Positions 52,871 to 64,000 of a stretch of DNA of 64,000 nucleotides are shown in pieces. A model generated the notes under the pieces. The model had not been told where the DNA came from. It was given only the letters and a program-made list of their open reading frames with translations, and did no database searches. A program made the translations under genes and the position numbers. The stretch's first letter is position 1, and each line of letters starts with the position of its first letter. This stretch comes from Perna viridis (taxonomy: Eukaryota), in the NCBI GenBank assembly GCA_037379345.1, contig CM074516.1, positions 28,768,001 to 28,832,000 of the forward strand. Direction: 5' to 3'.

Positions 52871-55107
52871 CTTCAAAGTACCCTTGTACGAAATTCTAGC
52901 ATTCTTGGATGTTCTAGCAAACTATCGCAGTTTCCAGTATGTCTGCTGTTCGCCAGAATTGAAAAATTAAGTGTATTTGAAAAATAATAAATCTAATGCA
53001 ATATGTTTAGCAATCTATTTTTTTCAAATTATGTTTCCCTGGCCAGTAGGAGAAAACCTGGATGTACTTTCAGCAAACTTGCATTATTTGTCGTTTAATG
53101 GACATCCGCGAATTATCTTTTTTACTGTTTATACTAATACAGTGTTTACATTTATGCTTTAGTAATGTAAACAGCCCTAAAATTATCTTACATAATTTAT
53201 TTACTCAATATATATCCCCGTCGTTGAAATACAAATGCTTGTCAAAACTTTGGAGAGAAATATTTACTTTTTAATAGGCTTTGACATAGTAATTAACCGG
53301 AATTTGGCCACATTTTGACGGTATTTAGGTATTTCATTAACGAACACAGGAATTTTTATTGCCCCACTTATTAAGGAAACTTGTATCAGTCATTTTTACA
53401 ATTATTTCACTTTATGTCAGTTGTATGTTAAGTTATGGACGAGTTTCGTAACTTGACTGTTTTGTATCCTCGAGCCTTAACGGACAACTAACTAATTAAT
53501 TTTGACATGATCTGTCAATAACTTAATTACAGCAACAGTCCGAAATATTCCGAACAGTGTAGGTACACAGGTTTATTTCAGTGTCAAAATAGATATCAGG
53601 TGTCATCACTCGATTGAACAGATCTATCACCTATTGGAAATCGATTAGAACTAATGAGGTTTCGATTGGTGTTCCTCCTCGGGTCTGGTTTTTGTCCCAG
53701 TCAATCTAACTGCCATGTCATTCTGTAATTGTATATGAATTATAACTCCCGACACGTATCTGGTTTGCCGGTTTTACGCAAATCTTGTGTCAGGGCAATC
53801 TGGACTCCTGTTTACCAAAATCTAACTACCCGTTAACAAAGTTACATACCACGATGTCAAATTAATCATAACGGTTTTCTGATTCATGTGATTGACATTT
53901 AAAGAATAATTGATTAACATCTCCGTTTTGAAATCTGCACAATAATGATTTTGTGTGACCTGAATGTACATTGTTATTTTGATTTATAGAGTAACGTGAT
54001 ATAACCGTATTGGGTGACAAGAGCGACATCTGAGTGCCAAAAGTACCTGGAAATATAATACACCCATTAGTTTCCCAAAAATGTTGTTGATCGGGTGCGT
54101 TCGATGGATAGATCCTCTTGCTCATCTTCAATGATAAGATGATCGCGTGACACTAAAACCCCCTTTTGTAAATTGTTGATTCCTCATTCTATCCTTTTGT
54201 TTACCCCTCCCAATATCATTCAAAGGGTTATATCACAATAAAGTAAATCAAGACTTATCACTGAGCTTCCTGTTTACATTGTCATTGTAAAACCAAGTTA
54301 TATCCCTTGATAAAGTGTCAATTTCTCTGTCTGTTCTGATATACAAAATAAACACCTATCTCGGAAGGGATTGTCGTTTTCACTTTTCCTCCTGGGGCAT
54401 GCCGGGATACCTATGTATGTGAAATAGGGATTATATATTTCCCACAAGAATTAATACCCTATCATATATAATTTGTTTTGATAGTAGCATTTTGCTTGTT
54501 GTTTGATGCTGGAAACTTGCTCATCTGTGATAGAAAGGAATGTAACATGATGTATATGGGTACTAACTTACAATATCAATAAGTTACTTTAAATGCAGGA
54601 GTTTGTTATTATCGATAAAATTTTCAGCATACCACGATACAAACTATAGGTCCATGGATTGACATTTTTGTTGATTTCTATACTCCTAGTTTTAGGCTTT
54701 TTTTCTTTTATAGTTGGCAGTTTTTGTCTCAGATGTTTTTGCATGGTCTTTGTTCCTCCGAAATTCTAATGAGCGATTTTTCAACTACTCACGAGAGTAC
54801 ATTAAAGGTCCTTTGGGAAGAATTCCTTCCATCAAATTTTACAATTATGATATAAGTAGCGTTCTTGGGTCTATACTATAAGTATCAAAACTGCGATTAT
54901 CGAAATATGGATGGCGTATTTCACAATTTAAAAAGGTCACCGGAAAAATTCTTTTTTTTTATTATAAAATAATTCGAGTTTGAAAGTTAACGGGGAACAA
55001 AGCAAAGCAGTTAGAGAATAAGTTACACATGTCATAGCCAACTAAAAATGAGCTTGAAAGCACGGATACATGTCAGTGCAGTGTAAAGATGTTCTCCTCT
55101 GGGAACG

Positions 55108-55657
55108 GGCGGTTATGTTGATGATTGGAGGTTTTTACGGTCTTGACTATCCTTACGGATCTCGAACGACCGCCCCTTACGGGGATTTTGTTAGTAAATG
55201 TCTGTTAGTAGTTGGTGGTAGCGGAGCCCAGCCTTCGGGATACCCGACCGAAGAACTCAGTCAGAGTATGTCCTACTATCGGCTGGGCTGCTCTGTTGAC
55301 GCTCTGGCCTACTCCCAGATCCCACGTTGGTCCGAGAGCGTTTCCCCATTCTAGCTGTTCGGAAGTACGTCAACGTGAAGAGTGGCGGTTATGTTGATGA
55401 TTAGGGGTTATTGACGACCCTGAATACCAATACAGGCCTCTCACGGTCGATGTTAGTAGGTTAGTAGAACCAACTGGTGTTGGTGGCGGAGCCCAGCCTT
55501 CGGGATACCTGACCGAAGAACCCGGTCAGATTATGTCCTACTAGCGGCTGGGCTATTGTGTTGACGCTCTCGCCTACTCCCAGACCCCACGTGGGTCCGA
55601 GAGCGTTTCCCCACTATTAACTGTTTGGGAGTACGTCAACGTGTAGAGTGTTATGTT
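55108..55657 (-). repeat. Tandem dimer (period ~276 bp) of a GC-rich structured repeat; candidate structured RNA / retrozyme-like element
   Basis: Units start with ggcggttatgttgatgatt at 55108 and 55384. Their 3' two-thirds align closely. Several helices covary, and the wobble pattern favours the minus strand. Confidence 0.85.
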
Positions 55658-57657
55658 ATATCTATCACACCTTTTATATCCACGCGACTTTCCACCTGGT
55701 TATTTTTGCTTAGTCAATCTTAAATTTTGGTTACTCAATATTTTTGGTCAAATGATAAAAGATGTCGGTATTTAAAAGAGAACAAGAAAAGAATAGAGAA
55801 TCTTTACTGAAACTAACTTCCCGCAGAGTTATCTTTTCTTTATCTAGAAAGGTCGGAGATTACCTGCCCGGGTCAGGTGTTTCTTCCGAAACTACAAAGA
55901 AAATAGTTAGAGAGGCGTGATTAGAATACCTGTAGTAGCCATTTGTCGGTAAAACTTAACTGTATTCCGTAATAATTAAAGGCATAAACTTGGTTCTTAT
56001 TTCTATATCATCAGGAGGTGGGTCTTAATTTGTTTTAATTTTGCTCTGCAAGGTTATATGTACAGTAAAACTCTAAATGTCTTACTAAATGTCTTAACTT
56101 TGCAGTAATATTATATTAAATTGCTTTTATCAATCTTAGAGACAGTAGATAACAATCACACATTTTCCAGCATTGTCTCATCAAACCCAGAAGGCTTAAT
56201 CGAAAAGAAGTGTCACAAAAGCCTGTCTGATCATTTTTAGCGCCGGAAGTTGTAAATCGTTTTAATATAAAAATTAGACACAAAAAAAATTCAAAGACAA
56301 CACAGAAACTGACGACACCATGGAAATCAATGTCAACTACAATAGGAAACTGGTTCCTGTAAGCGTTTGATCTTCCGGGTCAAATTTTCGCGAGGCGAAA
56401 CATTATCATTAGCATCAACTTAGATTAATTCAATTAAAAGATCAAATGGTCAAAAACGAAAATTTACAACTTTTCCCCTGTGGGGTGTGTCGTATTGTTC
56501 CTGTAGTGTAAGTATTTATCGACCCTGATCTACTCGTTTTATGGCGAGTATTACAAGATTTTATTGCGTTTCGAGATAGCGACTATCTGCCAAAATGCCG
56601 AAGGAACAGTTTGAAGTTACAATTCGGAATCACCTGTAACTCCTTAATTAAGTTATCTAAATCTCGTCTCTGTGTAATCAAAACAGATTATCCTAATTCG
56701 GAGATGATTATGTCACACTTTTTACTTAATTAAAGGTATATCAAAGTATATCCATTAGAAGCAAGGCGGAAAATGGTCTTTAATTGGTATGATTTAATTG
56801 CGTCATCCTCAGAGAAAGTCGAATTCCTTTTTACTAGCTTAATCAAACCACCAATGTCCGAAAATTATTCCATTCTATTACATCTTGAATACGATCATTC
56901 AAATGAGCTTTTAATTAAAACGACGACGAAAAAAAAACAGCAAAGATTTAAAGACAAAATGAATTCATCACTTAAAACAGAATAATGATTAATTTCAAAA
57001 CAAAACATATGAAACTAGTCTTTTATTTGTTGTTTTAAATGCCAACTAACCCAGTGATCCAAACCCTACACGATCGATTGCAGGCAAGTATTCCTTTATT
57101 TTGTAACATTAGAAAGAAATAAAAACACACAACTCGAAAACTTTTAATTTTATTGTTGACCTATTAATTATGAGATTAAATCTATTGGCTTAGCAGCATG
57201 ATGATTTGTATATTATTTGGTCTTATTTGATACAACAACTCTATCGAAGGGCCACCTTCTGTCGAGATCTATTAGCCCATCATAACCAACCCGGGGAGTC
57301 ATACAACCTGGAGCGATCCCTCCATAAGATCTGTCCCGTCTGGGATTATCAGATGACAATAATTTTGTTTTGCCCGATTGACACTTATTTGCTATTTTGT
57401 CCAACTCTATGACAGCCATATTCTATTGATAGCAAGTAAGCGTGTATGATGTTGTATTATGCAATTCAAAGCGTTTTTAGGTTCTTGCAATTTAGGCGTA
57501 ATACTTTTAAAATTCTGTGATATACATACCTACATCTGCCTTGTCTTTTATATCAATTACCACTTCCTTCTTTATTAATTATTTAAATCAAAGCCTTATT
57601 TGCAAATATTACATATAAAATACAATAATTATGTATACTAAATATATGTCATTTTGC

Positions 57658-57885
57658 CGTAGACGTACTTCCAAGACAGAGTGAAGAAACGCTCCCAGAC
57701 CCACGTGGGGTCTATGAGTAGGCCAGAGCTTCTACACAGCAGCCCAGCCGCTATTAAGACATACTCTGACCAAGTTCTCCGGTCAGGTTTCCCGAAGGCT
57801 CGGTTCGGCTACCAACACAGTTGTTTCTAATATCGACCGTGAGAGACATGTATTGGTATTCAAGGTCGTCAAAAACCCCAATCAT
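57658..57885 (+). repeat. Third, inverted monomer of the same structured repeat
   Basis: The reverse complement aligns along the whole of 55397-55641 (e.g. gacccacgtggggtc, agcccagccgc, cccgaaggct, tattggtattca). Confidence 0.85.
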
Positions 57886-58689
57886 TATACTTATAATATA
57901 GTGCTGTCCGTAAAATACTAGTATTTAGGGGTAGTCTCCATCTCCAAGTATGTTTTTTTTTAACTTGATGCACTTTTATGTAGTTTGAAAGAAAATTAAA
58001 GTTCAACAAAACAAAGATGAACCAAACGAACTAAAATAGTCACGTTTATAAAAGAGTAGACGAAGGGAGCCTTTCTAATGTGTCTATGCTTTTAGAGTTG
58101 TTGTCTCTTCTTTTCCTAAGTGCGGGTTGCCCCCGGTCACCCATGTATGAGTGAATCTTATTTATCACTTGACAAAAAACTAAACTTGTCAAATTATTCA
58201 AAGACAATTATTCCATACACCTTACAATCTAATCTGATATATCCCCTCTTTTGTTATAGTTTCAACGAAAATAGAGGAATACAATCGGGGTCAAATTCGT
58301 TAATGATTTTTTTAATGTTTGATTGAGGATAACTGTGAATAAATCGCCGAGGGACAGGAAGTTCGATGGAATTATGAAGCTGTCATCACAGAAATTGTAA
58401 ATGTTCTCTAATTGTCAACCAGTTTTTCAGAACATATCATTAACCGTGTAAATCAATTAAACTTCCAAATGTTTGATAAGGATGAAGAAATGATAGAGAG
58501 ATACTAGAGAAATGTAGAACGAAAACCGATCTTGGCAATGAAATGACACCAGAATAAAATTGGGATTGGAATTAAAATTTGGGTTGAGATAAACATAGAA
58601 AATACCAATGGGACATACACACACATATGTAGAAAAATACTCACGAAAAAAATGGGAGAAGAGTAATCAAGGGAACCAGGAATATGGTG

Positions 58690-58910
58690 GAAGTCAAAAA
58701 ATGTAATTCAAGGACAAATAACAGACATGGAAAACACACACACTCAACGAAGTACATAAAATAACCAGAACAATATATACAATGTAACGAAAGTAAATTA
58801 GCAACTCTGACTCCACTTAAAACTGGGAGCGTGGACCAACTGCACCGTTAGGCTAAGCATCCTTTGCTTTTCTAGAAACACCCACCGAATTGCTTATAAA
58901 AAGTCAAGTC
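58690..58910. mobile_element. Decayed copy of a common bivalve interspersed repeat (possibly Penelope-associated)
   Basis: A-rich tract, then agcaactctgactccacttaaaactggg...taagcatcctttgc...acaccc. This resembles from memory the widespread agcaacacgaaccccac...gggtaagcagttcctgc repeat; the family is not verified. Confidence 0.4.
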
Positions 58911-60409
58911 AAGGATATACGAAAGAGGAAAGGAAAACCATGACACATTGAACAAATCAGTTCTCATTTTGCAGATAGAAAAACTATGTTCTGTGTGAAT
59001 TTGAATTTATTTGCTATTGTGACATATTTTGCAAATTCTTTTCGAGAGCATGTATGTATAAAGACAATTTAAGATTGTCTGTAAGATATGAGCATTATGA
59101 TGATGGGCAAAATTAACGCTGTCACTCTTTAAGAGGGACCATTGTTGTATAATGTGCTTTTCGCGGGATTTTTTTTTGTCTTCCACTTTTTTAATATTAT
59201 CAAATTATATTCTTTGAATGCTACATTGATCATTTTCTTAAGACCCAAATGTGAATTTTCAAAAGATACTTTCTTTAAAAATTCATGTCAGAAAGTAAAA
59301 TTAATAGACGAATTAGACTTATTGTTCATTAAAAATTAATATTTCGTGATTTGGGTTGTGATTTTTCGGGTACCACTTGTGCGGTTTCTGCATAAAGACA
59401 AATCTATATGAAATAAAACATTGCGAGTTGTATTATGATCATGTTTATTATCGCTTTCATGGTGTATTGGTTTCAAAGACAGATGCCCTACTGTTGATCA
59501 GAATGAATTAATTCGACAGGTGCCCTATTCCGCGAATGACATATGCCTTGCACGATCTCCATTATTTTGCAGAAGACCACATGTGATCACGTGATGTCAA
59601 CTGTTTCGGCATCTATGTGGATCTAATAAATTCTTACAGAATATACATTTTACAGTGGATTTTTGAAACCTGAGTGTGGTACATTTTTTACCGATTTACC
59701 ACTGATGTATAATTTAACCAAAACGTGTATTGAAAGAAAGCTTTTACACAGAGATATTTCACGTGCTTTGTAATTATGGTTAAGATTTCACCGAACAAAG
59801 GTCTCAGAGTATCAGGGTATCCAAGGTGTATGGTGGGCAAGAACCCCATCCCTTATGAAACTGATTCTTTTTAAATGTAATATTTTAAGAGAAAAAATAG
59901 CCCCTTTGTAAGTCTCTGGAGCCGCCATTGGCATCTTACATGTATAAATATTCATACCTTTAAAACAGCGGTTGACCGTTTGTCAATAACTTCTATATAA
60001 TTATGAACAAATCATGAAAAGACGAGTATAAGAACAGACCAGAACATTAGGTTTGTTCAATTGACAAAAATTTTTGACTCAGTTTTTGCAAGATAACCAC
60101 ATGCAAAATGACCTTTTAAAGTGAAGAGCACGATCGTCCCAGCTGCACACCAGCATTAGATACACACATTTCAGTTTTAAATTTTAATAGAAAAATTAAC
60201 AAAATTTCAATAGCATCAAGGTGAATTTTCTTCTTTTCACTTAAAATGAATAGAAATGGTACTCGGAGTGTGCCCTATGTTTGATTAATCAAAGCGGAGA
60301 CTCTCATTATACCATTCTCTGTCGGAACCCGAAAGCTTTGTTATGGATTTTTTTTTATTATAAGTGATGGTATCTGGTAAATTGCTAATACCTTTACAAA
60401 AGTTCATAT

Positions 60410-60990
60410 TCCGACGCGTGTAATGTAATATTTAATAGAAAGTTATTCATACTCGAGTAAACATTATGGTTATACAGTGGAACGTATGTAAATTTTACCT
60501 TAAAGAGCACCTGCCTATCTACAGCTGTATTAAAATCACATTGAATTAATGCTACTAATTCGAGAAAACAAAGATGGGACGCGTGCCGACACCTGCCTAG
60601 GGGATAATGGGGTTACATTAAAAAATAGGTCTCACATTTAACTGTGTAGGAATTATGGTCATAAAGGGGTGTTTGCTCCTGAATGCCCTTACATAGCTAC
60701 AAAGACACCGGCCACGCGCACTTTCACCTCTTTGGCCTCATCTGATCAAAATTGGGATGGAAATAAAAAGAGTCCCGTTAGTCCCGCCTTCATCCCCTAT
60801 TGTTCTTAAAACAGAATATGGACTTTCGCGTGCCAGTTGTTATTTTAATCAACAAACATTCTCAAACACGGTTGATGTATCGCCATTCTATATCCAAATG
60901 TATAGCTATGGAGCCTGAATTCTGATGGGCAGATGACTCTTTGTTTGTCAAATCGCACCTGCCCCTCGCACGACGGTCGCGTGTAAATTT
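60410..60990. promoter_or_regulatory. Candidate neural enhancer: clustered Hes class-C sites and proneural-type E-boxes
   Basis: CACGCG (either strand) at 60415, 60580, 60713, 60827 and 60978. CACCTGC at 60508, 60590 and 60956. Confidence 0.5.
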
Positions 60991-63900
60991 TAAAACTTGT
61001 TAAAGAGAATTTTAATATGTTGTTATTGTGATTATTCATAGAGAATACAATTAAGCTTTTGATCTCTTGATATTTTGTCCTGCTGAAGGTTCGGTGGTCC
61101 AATGATACGGAGTAAGAAGGCCACGTGTTTCATCAGGTCGATGACCATTTAAAAGTACCGTTTTATCATAAGTTAGCAATGGTCATTAGCTGTCCCTAAT
61201 TGGTTTAGACCGTGTGCCATTTGTTCTCAAGTTCCTATTTTCTACAGTTTCGTTCTGAGTTACTTCAGAGTTTGCTGCATGAGCGAACTTATGCCTGTGT
61301 GAGTTAGTATCAAGCAATCAACCTTTATTTAGAATATATTGTTAGAACCATGTTATTATAATATTTATTTGTCTATACTTCCATATATAGTAGAACCAAC
61401 TAGTTATAGAGAAATATGCACTAAACTTTTTTCAATAGTTACTGAAAGTATGACCGTCATCTTTGAAATCACATGTAGCACAGGTCCGAAAATATTAATT
61501 GTTTAACAGACGTCAGCACTATTTGGTACTTCTATCATCTTCAACGAATGTTGACTCAGAAATATATCCAAACCAATGCAAGACAGACAAAAGACAATAC
61601 ATCAGAAAAATTACACCACAACCATCAGTAGATTATCGCTGAGTACAATCCGGTTATAATAAATAATCAGTTTGTTATACCATTTGCATATAGCTATACG
61701 GTATATATGAATATCAGTAAGAACTTTTATTATGCCTTATTAAATGTAAAATGCTGCCTTCAAATGTTTTTAATTCTTTTTGAAGCAGTCAAATAAAAAA
61801 GACTTTCTGATTCTTCAAGATCTCATATAGTTCATGTCATTCTCCAAATTCTCTGTTAACAATGATGTACAATAAATTACAAGTAATAAAAACCCCTTAA
61901 TCATTAACATTACGTCGCCAATTGAGGGTGTACACGATCAATGAACTACATTATGCAAATCCTTTATTTTTTCAAACGTGTAGGCTTATTATCCCCTAAG
62001 TGGTAAATCAGATTGATACAAAACTTGATATAAATGGGGATTTACGTAACGTTCCTACAGATAGGACTGAGTCAGCTATTGAGCTATTACAGTAATTAAC
62101 ACATAATCGGCTTTATATTAGAAGATTACGGACTTCCCGGCTTAACTTGTTTTGGTGTAATTTCATTTACCGAGGTTTGTACTATAGCCATAAAAACTTC
62201 TTATATCAACTAAGGGAATTTTGTACGCAGACAGCTTCGAATTCGTGCCAATGGCTCGGTCCGTTTTAATCTTACGATCTGTGAACTTCTTTCCAGTCAA
62301 AAGTCAGAATATTTCATTCAACATTTTACGTCAAGTCTGTCCAATAGAAAGGTTTGGAGGCCAAAACATGTTGGCCTGGCCCTTTCAAGCCCATAAGCTA
62401 AATTCGTGAAGGCGTCAAGAAACAGCATACCCTGTTAAACCATAACCATATTGATCAGAATACAGATGTTGATTTACATCTATCTAATAGATTAGCAGCA
62501 TTTCAAAGTACATGATATCTGTTGGCCGCGAGTAGTCGGTAAAACATTGCACATAGTAAAGCTAAATTCTTCTGACGAATTATACAAATTAATATATGAA
62601 AAATCATATCCTTTTCTCAACTGTTCTTTTTATGACTTCCCTAAATTTTATATCGATTATTTCATTCCAAACTATAGGAATTAAAACTATACCCGGTACC
62701 TGAAATATGACATTGATATATATTTCTTAAATAGCCAAAACTACAAAAAGGGAATAGCTGAATCATGAAACAATCTTTTATTCATGGTCCATTTTGCTAA
62801 TGATATACCAGCTGCTTGATGACAAACGGAACCGGAAATTGAACTTCAAAGTAACGACCCCTGCAGGCCGCCAATGTGAAGAGCATGGGCATATATCTTA
62901 TGTGTCTGTCTAATGAGCAGAAAATTAGATTTTAAAAGGTTCGAATCTAAACGTTCTTCTTCTGGACATAAGGCTATTGTCGCCACTGATTCCAAAGCCT
63001 TCGTGAAATCCATTTTAATGCTTGAATTTGGCAGAGAATCGTAGGTCAAGGACTTTAGGGGTTCTTTGTCTAGCTTGTTTTTCCTTATGCATTTTTGCAT
63101 GGTCATTTAGGTACAAGCTATAAACATTCTAGTCCGCTTCAAAAGTGCAAAGAGGCATTGCAAATGGCAATAAACAATGTATATAATGTCTATAAAGTCA
63201 TTTTAACGCTTTTAAGGAGGAAAAGCAAATTTTCCAAAAAATCTACAATGTTTTCTGCCAGACAATTAGTTCAAAAATTAAAAACAACAGATAAATCGTT
63301 TTTTTCCCTTTATTTTAAGTGAGAGGAAAATTATTAGCTTTATTGTTTTATGCATTTCATTGTAAGTTTTGTTGTAAGTATCCTGGCTAAATAATTGGGA
63401 GTTCAGTTGGAGATGTTAGCTTCAGCACTGGAGCTGTTTTGTAACAAGTTTGTTAAATAATATATATTTTTTTAAAGAACAATATAAGGTCATCCTACAT
63501 GCTCCGCTTTTTGTGTTAACTTCGACACGCTTTTAACTCAAAATATACATGTGCATAACCCTCAATATCCCCACCCCATGTTACACATAGGTGTTTCCCA
63601 ACGCATTTCTCTTGTTCATTATTACAATTATACTAGTGTTTAATATCAAGGGAACATTCATCGCATTGTATGAACAATATAGTTTGAAATAAAGACAGGA
63701 CTTGGTTAAAATTGGATGAGAAGTTCGGCAAAATCGACTGCAAAATAACCCTAAAGCCCTTTAAATTATTGCAGTGGAAATTCACACAGCGATGTGACTT
63801 TTTAGAGCTAATTCCTTCCGTGTGTATATACTGATAATATGCCAAGGAATATATGTGTATGCGACTAGTTGGTTATGAACATTTTCAGTATTGTCATGTA

Positions 63901-64000
63901 AAACAGAAACATCGTATGAAATGTAGGTCCATGTTGTAAAAAAATTTGCATGCGTTAATATTTCGAAAATGTATATTTTTTTCAGTGGGCTAATACCATA

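Noticed and set aside
55395-55412. Telomerase-template-like TAACCCCTAA on the minus strand of the structured repeat
   Set aside because: It has four Cs rather than three and is not conserved in the other two copies.
55565-55633. Canonical HDV-like ribozyme (plus-strand P1-P2-P3-L3 'CCCACGU'-P1'-P2' order)
   Set aside because: No P4 and no C-N-A-A J4/2 (the sequence is CTGTT), and wobble evidence favours the opposite strand. Kept only as a topological resemblance.
55560-55640. Hammerhead ribozyme (minus strand has GAAAC-stem-GUC; plus strand has TTGATGA...GAAT near 55394-55425)
   Set aside because: No CUGANGA core in the required position on either strand. The GUC is lost in copy 3 and the GAAT is absent in copy 1.
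62846-63106. ORF with MDFTKALESV resembling the LINE RT 'DFSKAFDSV' motif
   Set aside because: Only one short motif; flanking residues do not follow RT. It could be tested by blastx but is unsupported as is.
68-63845. Remaining short ORFs in the six-frame track, including those spanning N runs
   Set aside because: They are short, often have non-ATG starts, show F/L/I/K-biased composition expected from AT-rich non-coding DNA, and lack domain motifs or splice support.

Overview
AT-rich eukaryotic genomic DNA with two assembly gaps. The repeat families (Helentron/HINE-like elements, TTAA and CWG MITEs, RTE-type LINE ends, the recurring GAGTTATYTCCCTT motif) point to a bivalve mollusc or close relative. 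Nearly all ORFs in the track are spurious. The only convincing host coding sequence is a 3'-terminal exon (31755-31933, +) with a poly(A) signal at 32458. It follows an apparently exon-free, T-rich stretch of over 31 kb, whose first ~19 kb is strongly CpG-depleted before an abrupt switch to near-normal CpG. The remainder is a gene desert holding TE relics, a 48-bp minisatellite and motif-dense candidate enhancers, including a Hes class-C plus proneural E-box cluster at ~60.4-61.0 kb. The most striking feature is a ~275-nt GC-rich repeat in three copies: a tandem dimer at 55108-55657 and an inverted monomer at 57658-57885. It shows compensatory base changes, strand-specific G-U wobbles, GNRA tetraloops and a pseudoknot, so it is a candidate structured RNA or retrozyme-like element. 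I could not match it by eye to a known ribozyme core. All counts and alignments were done by eye.
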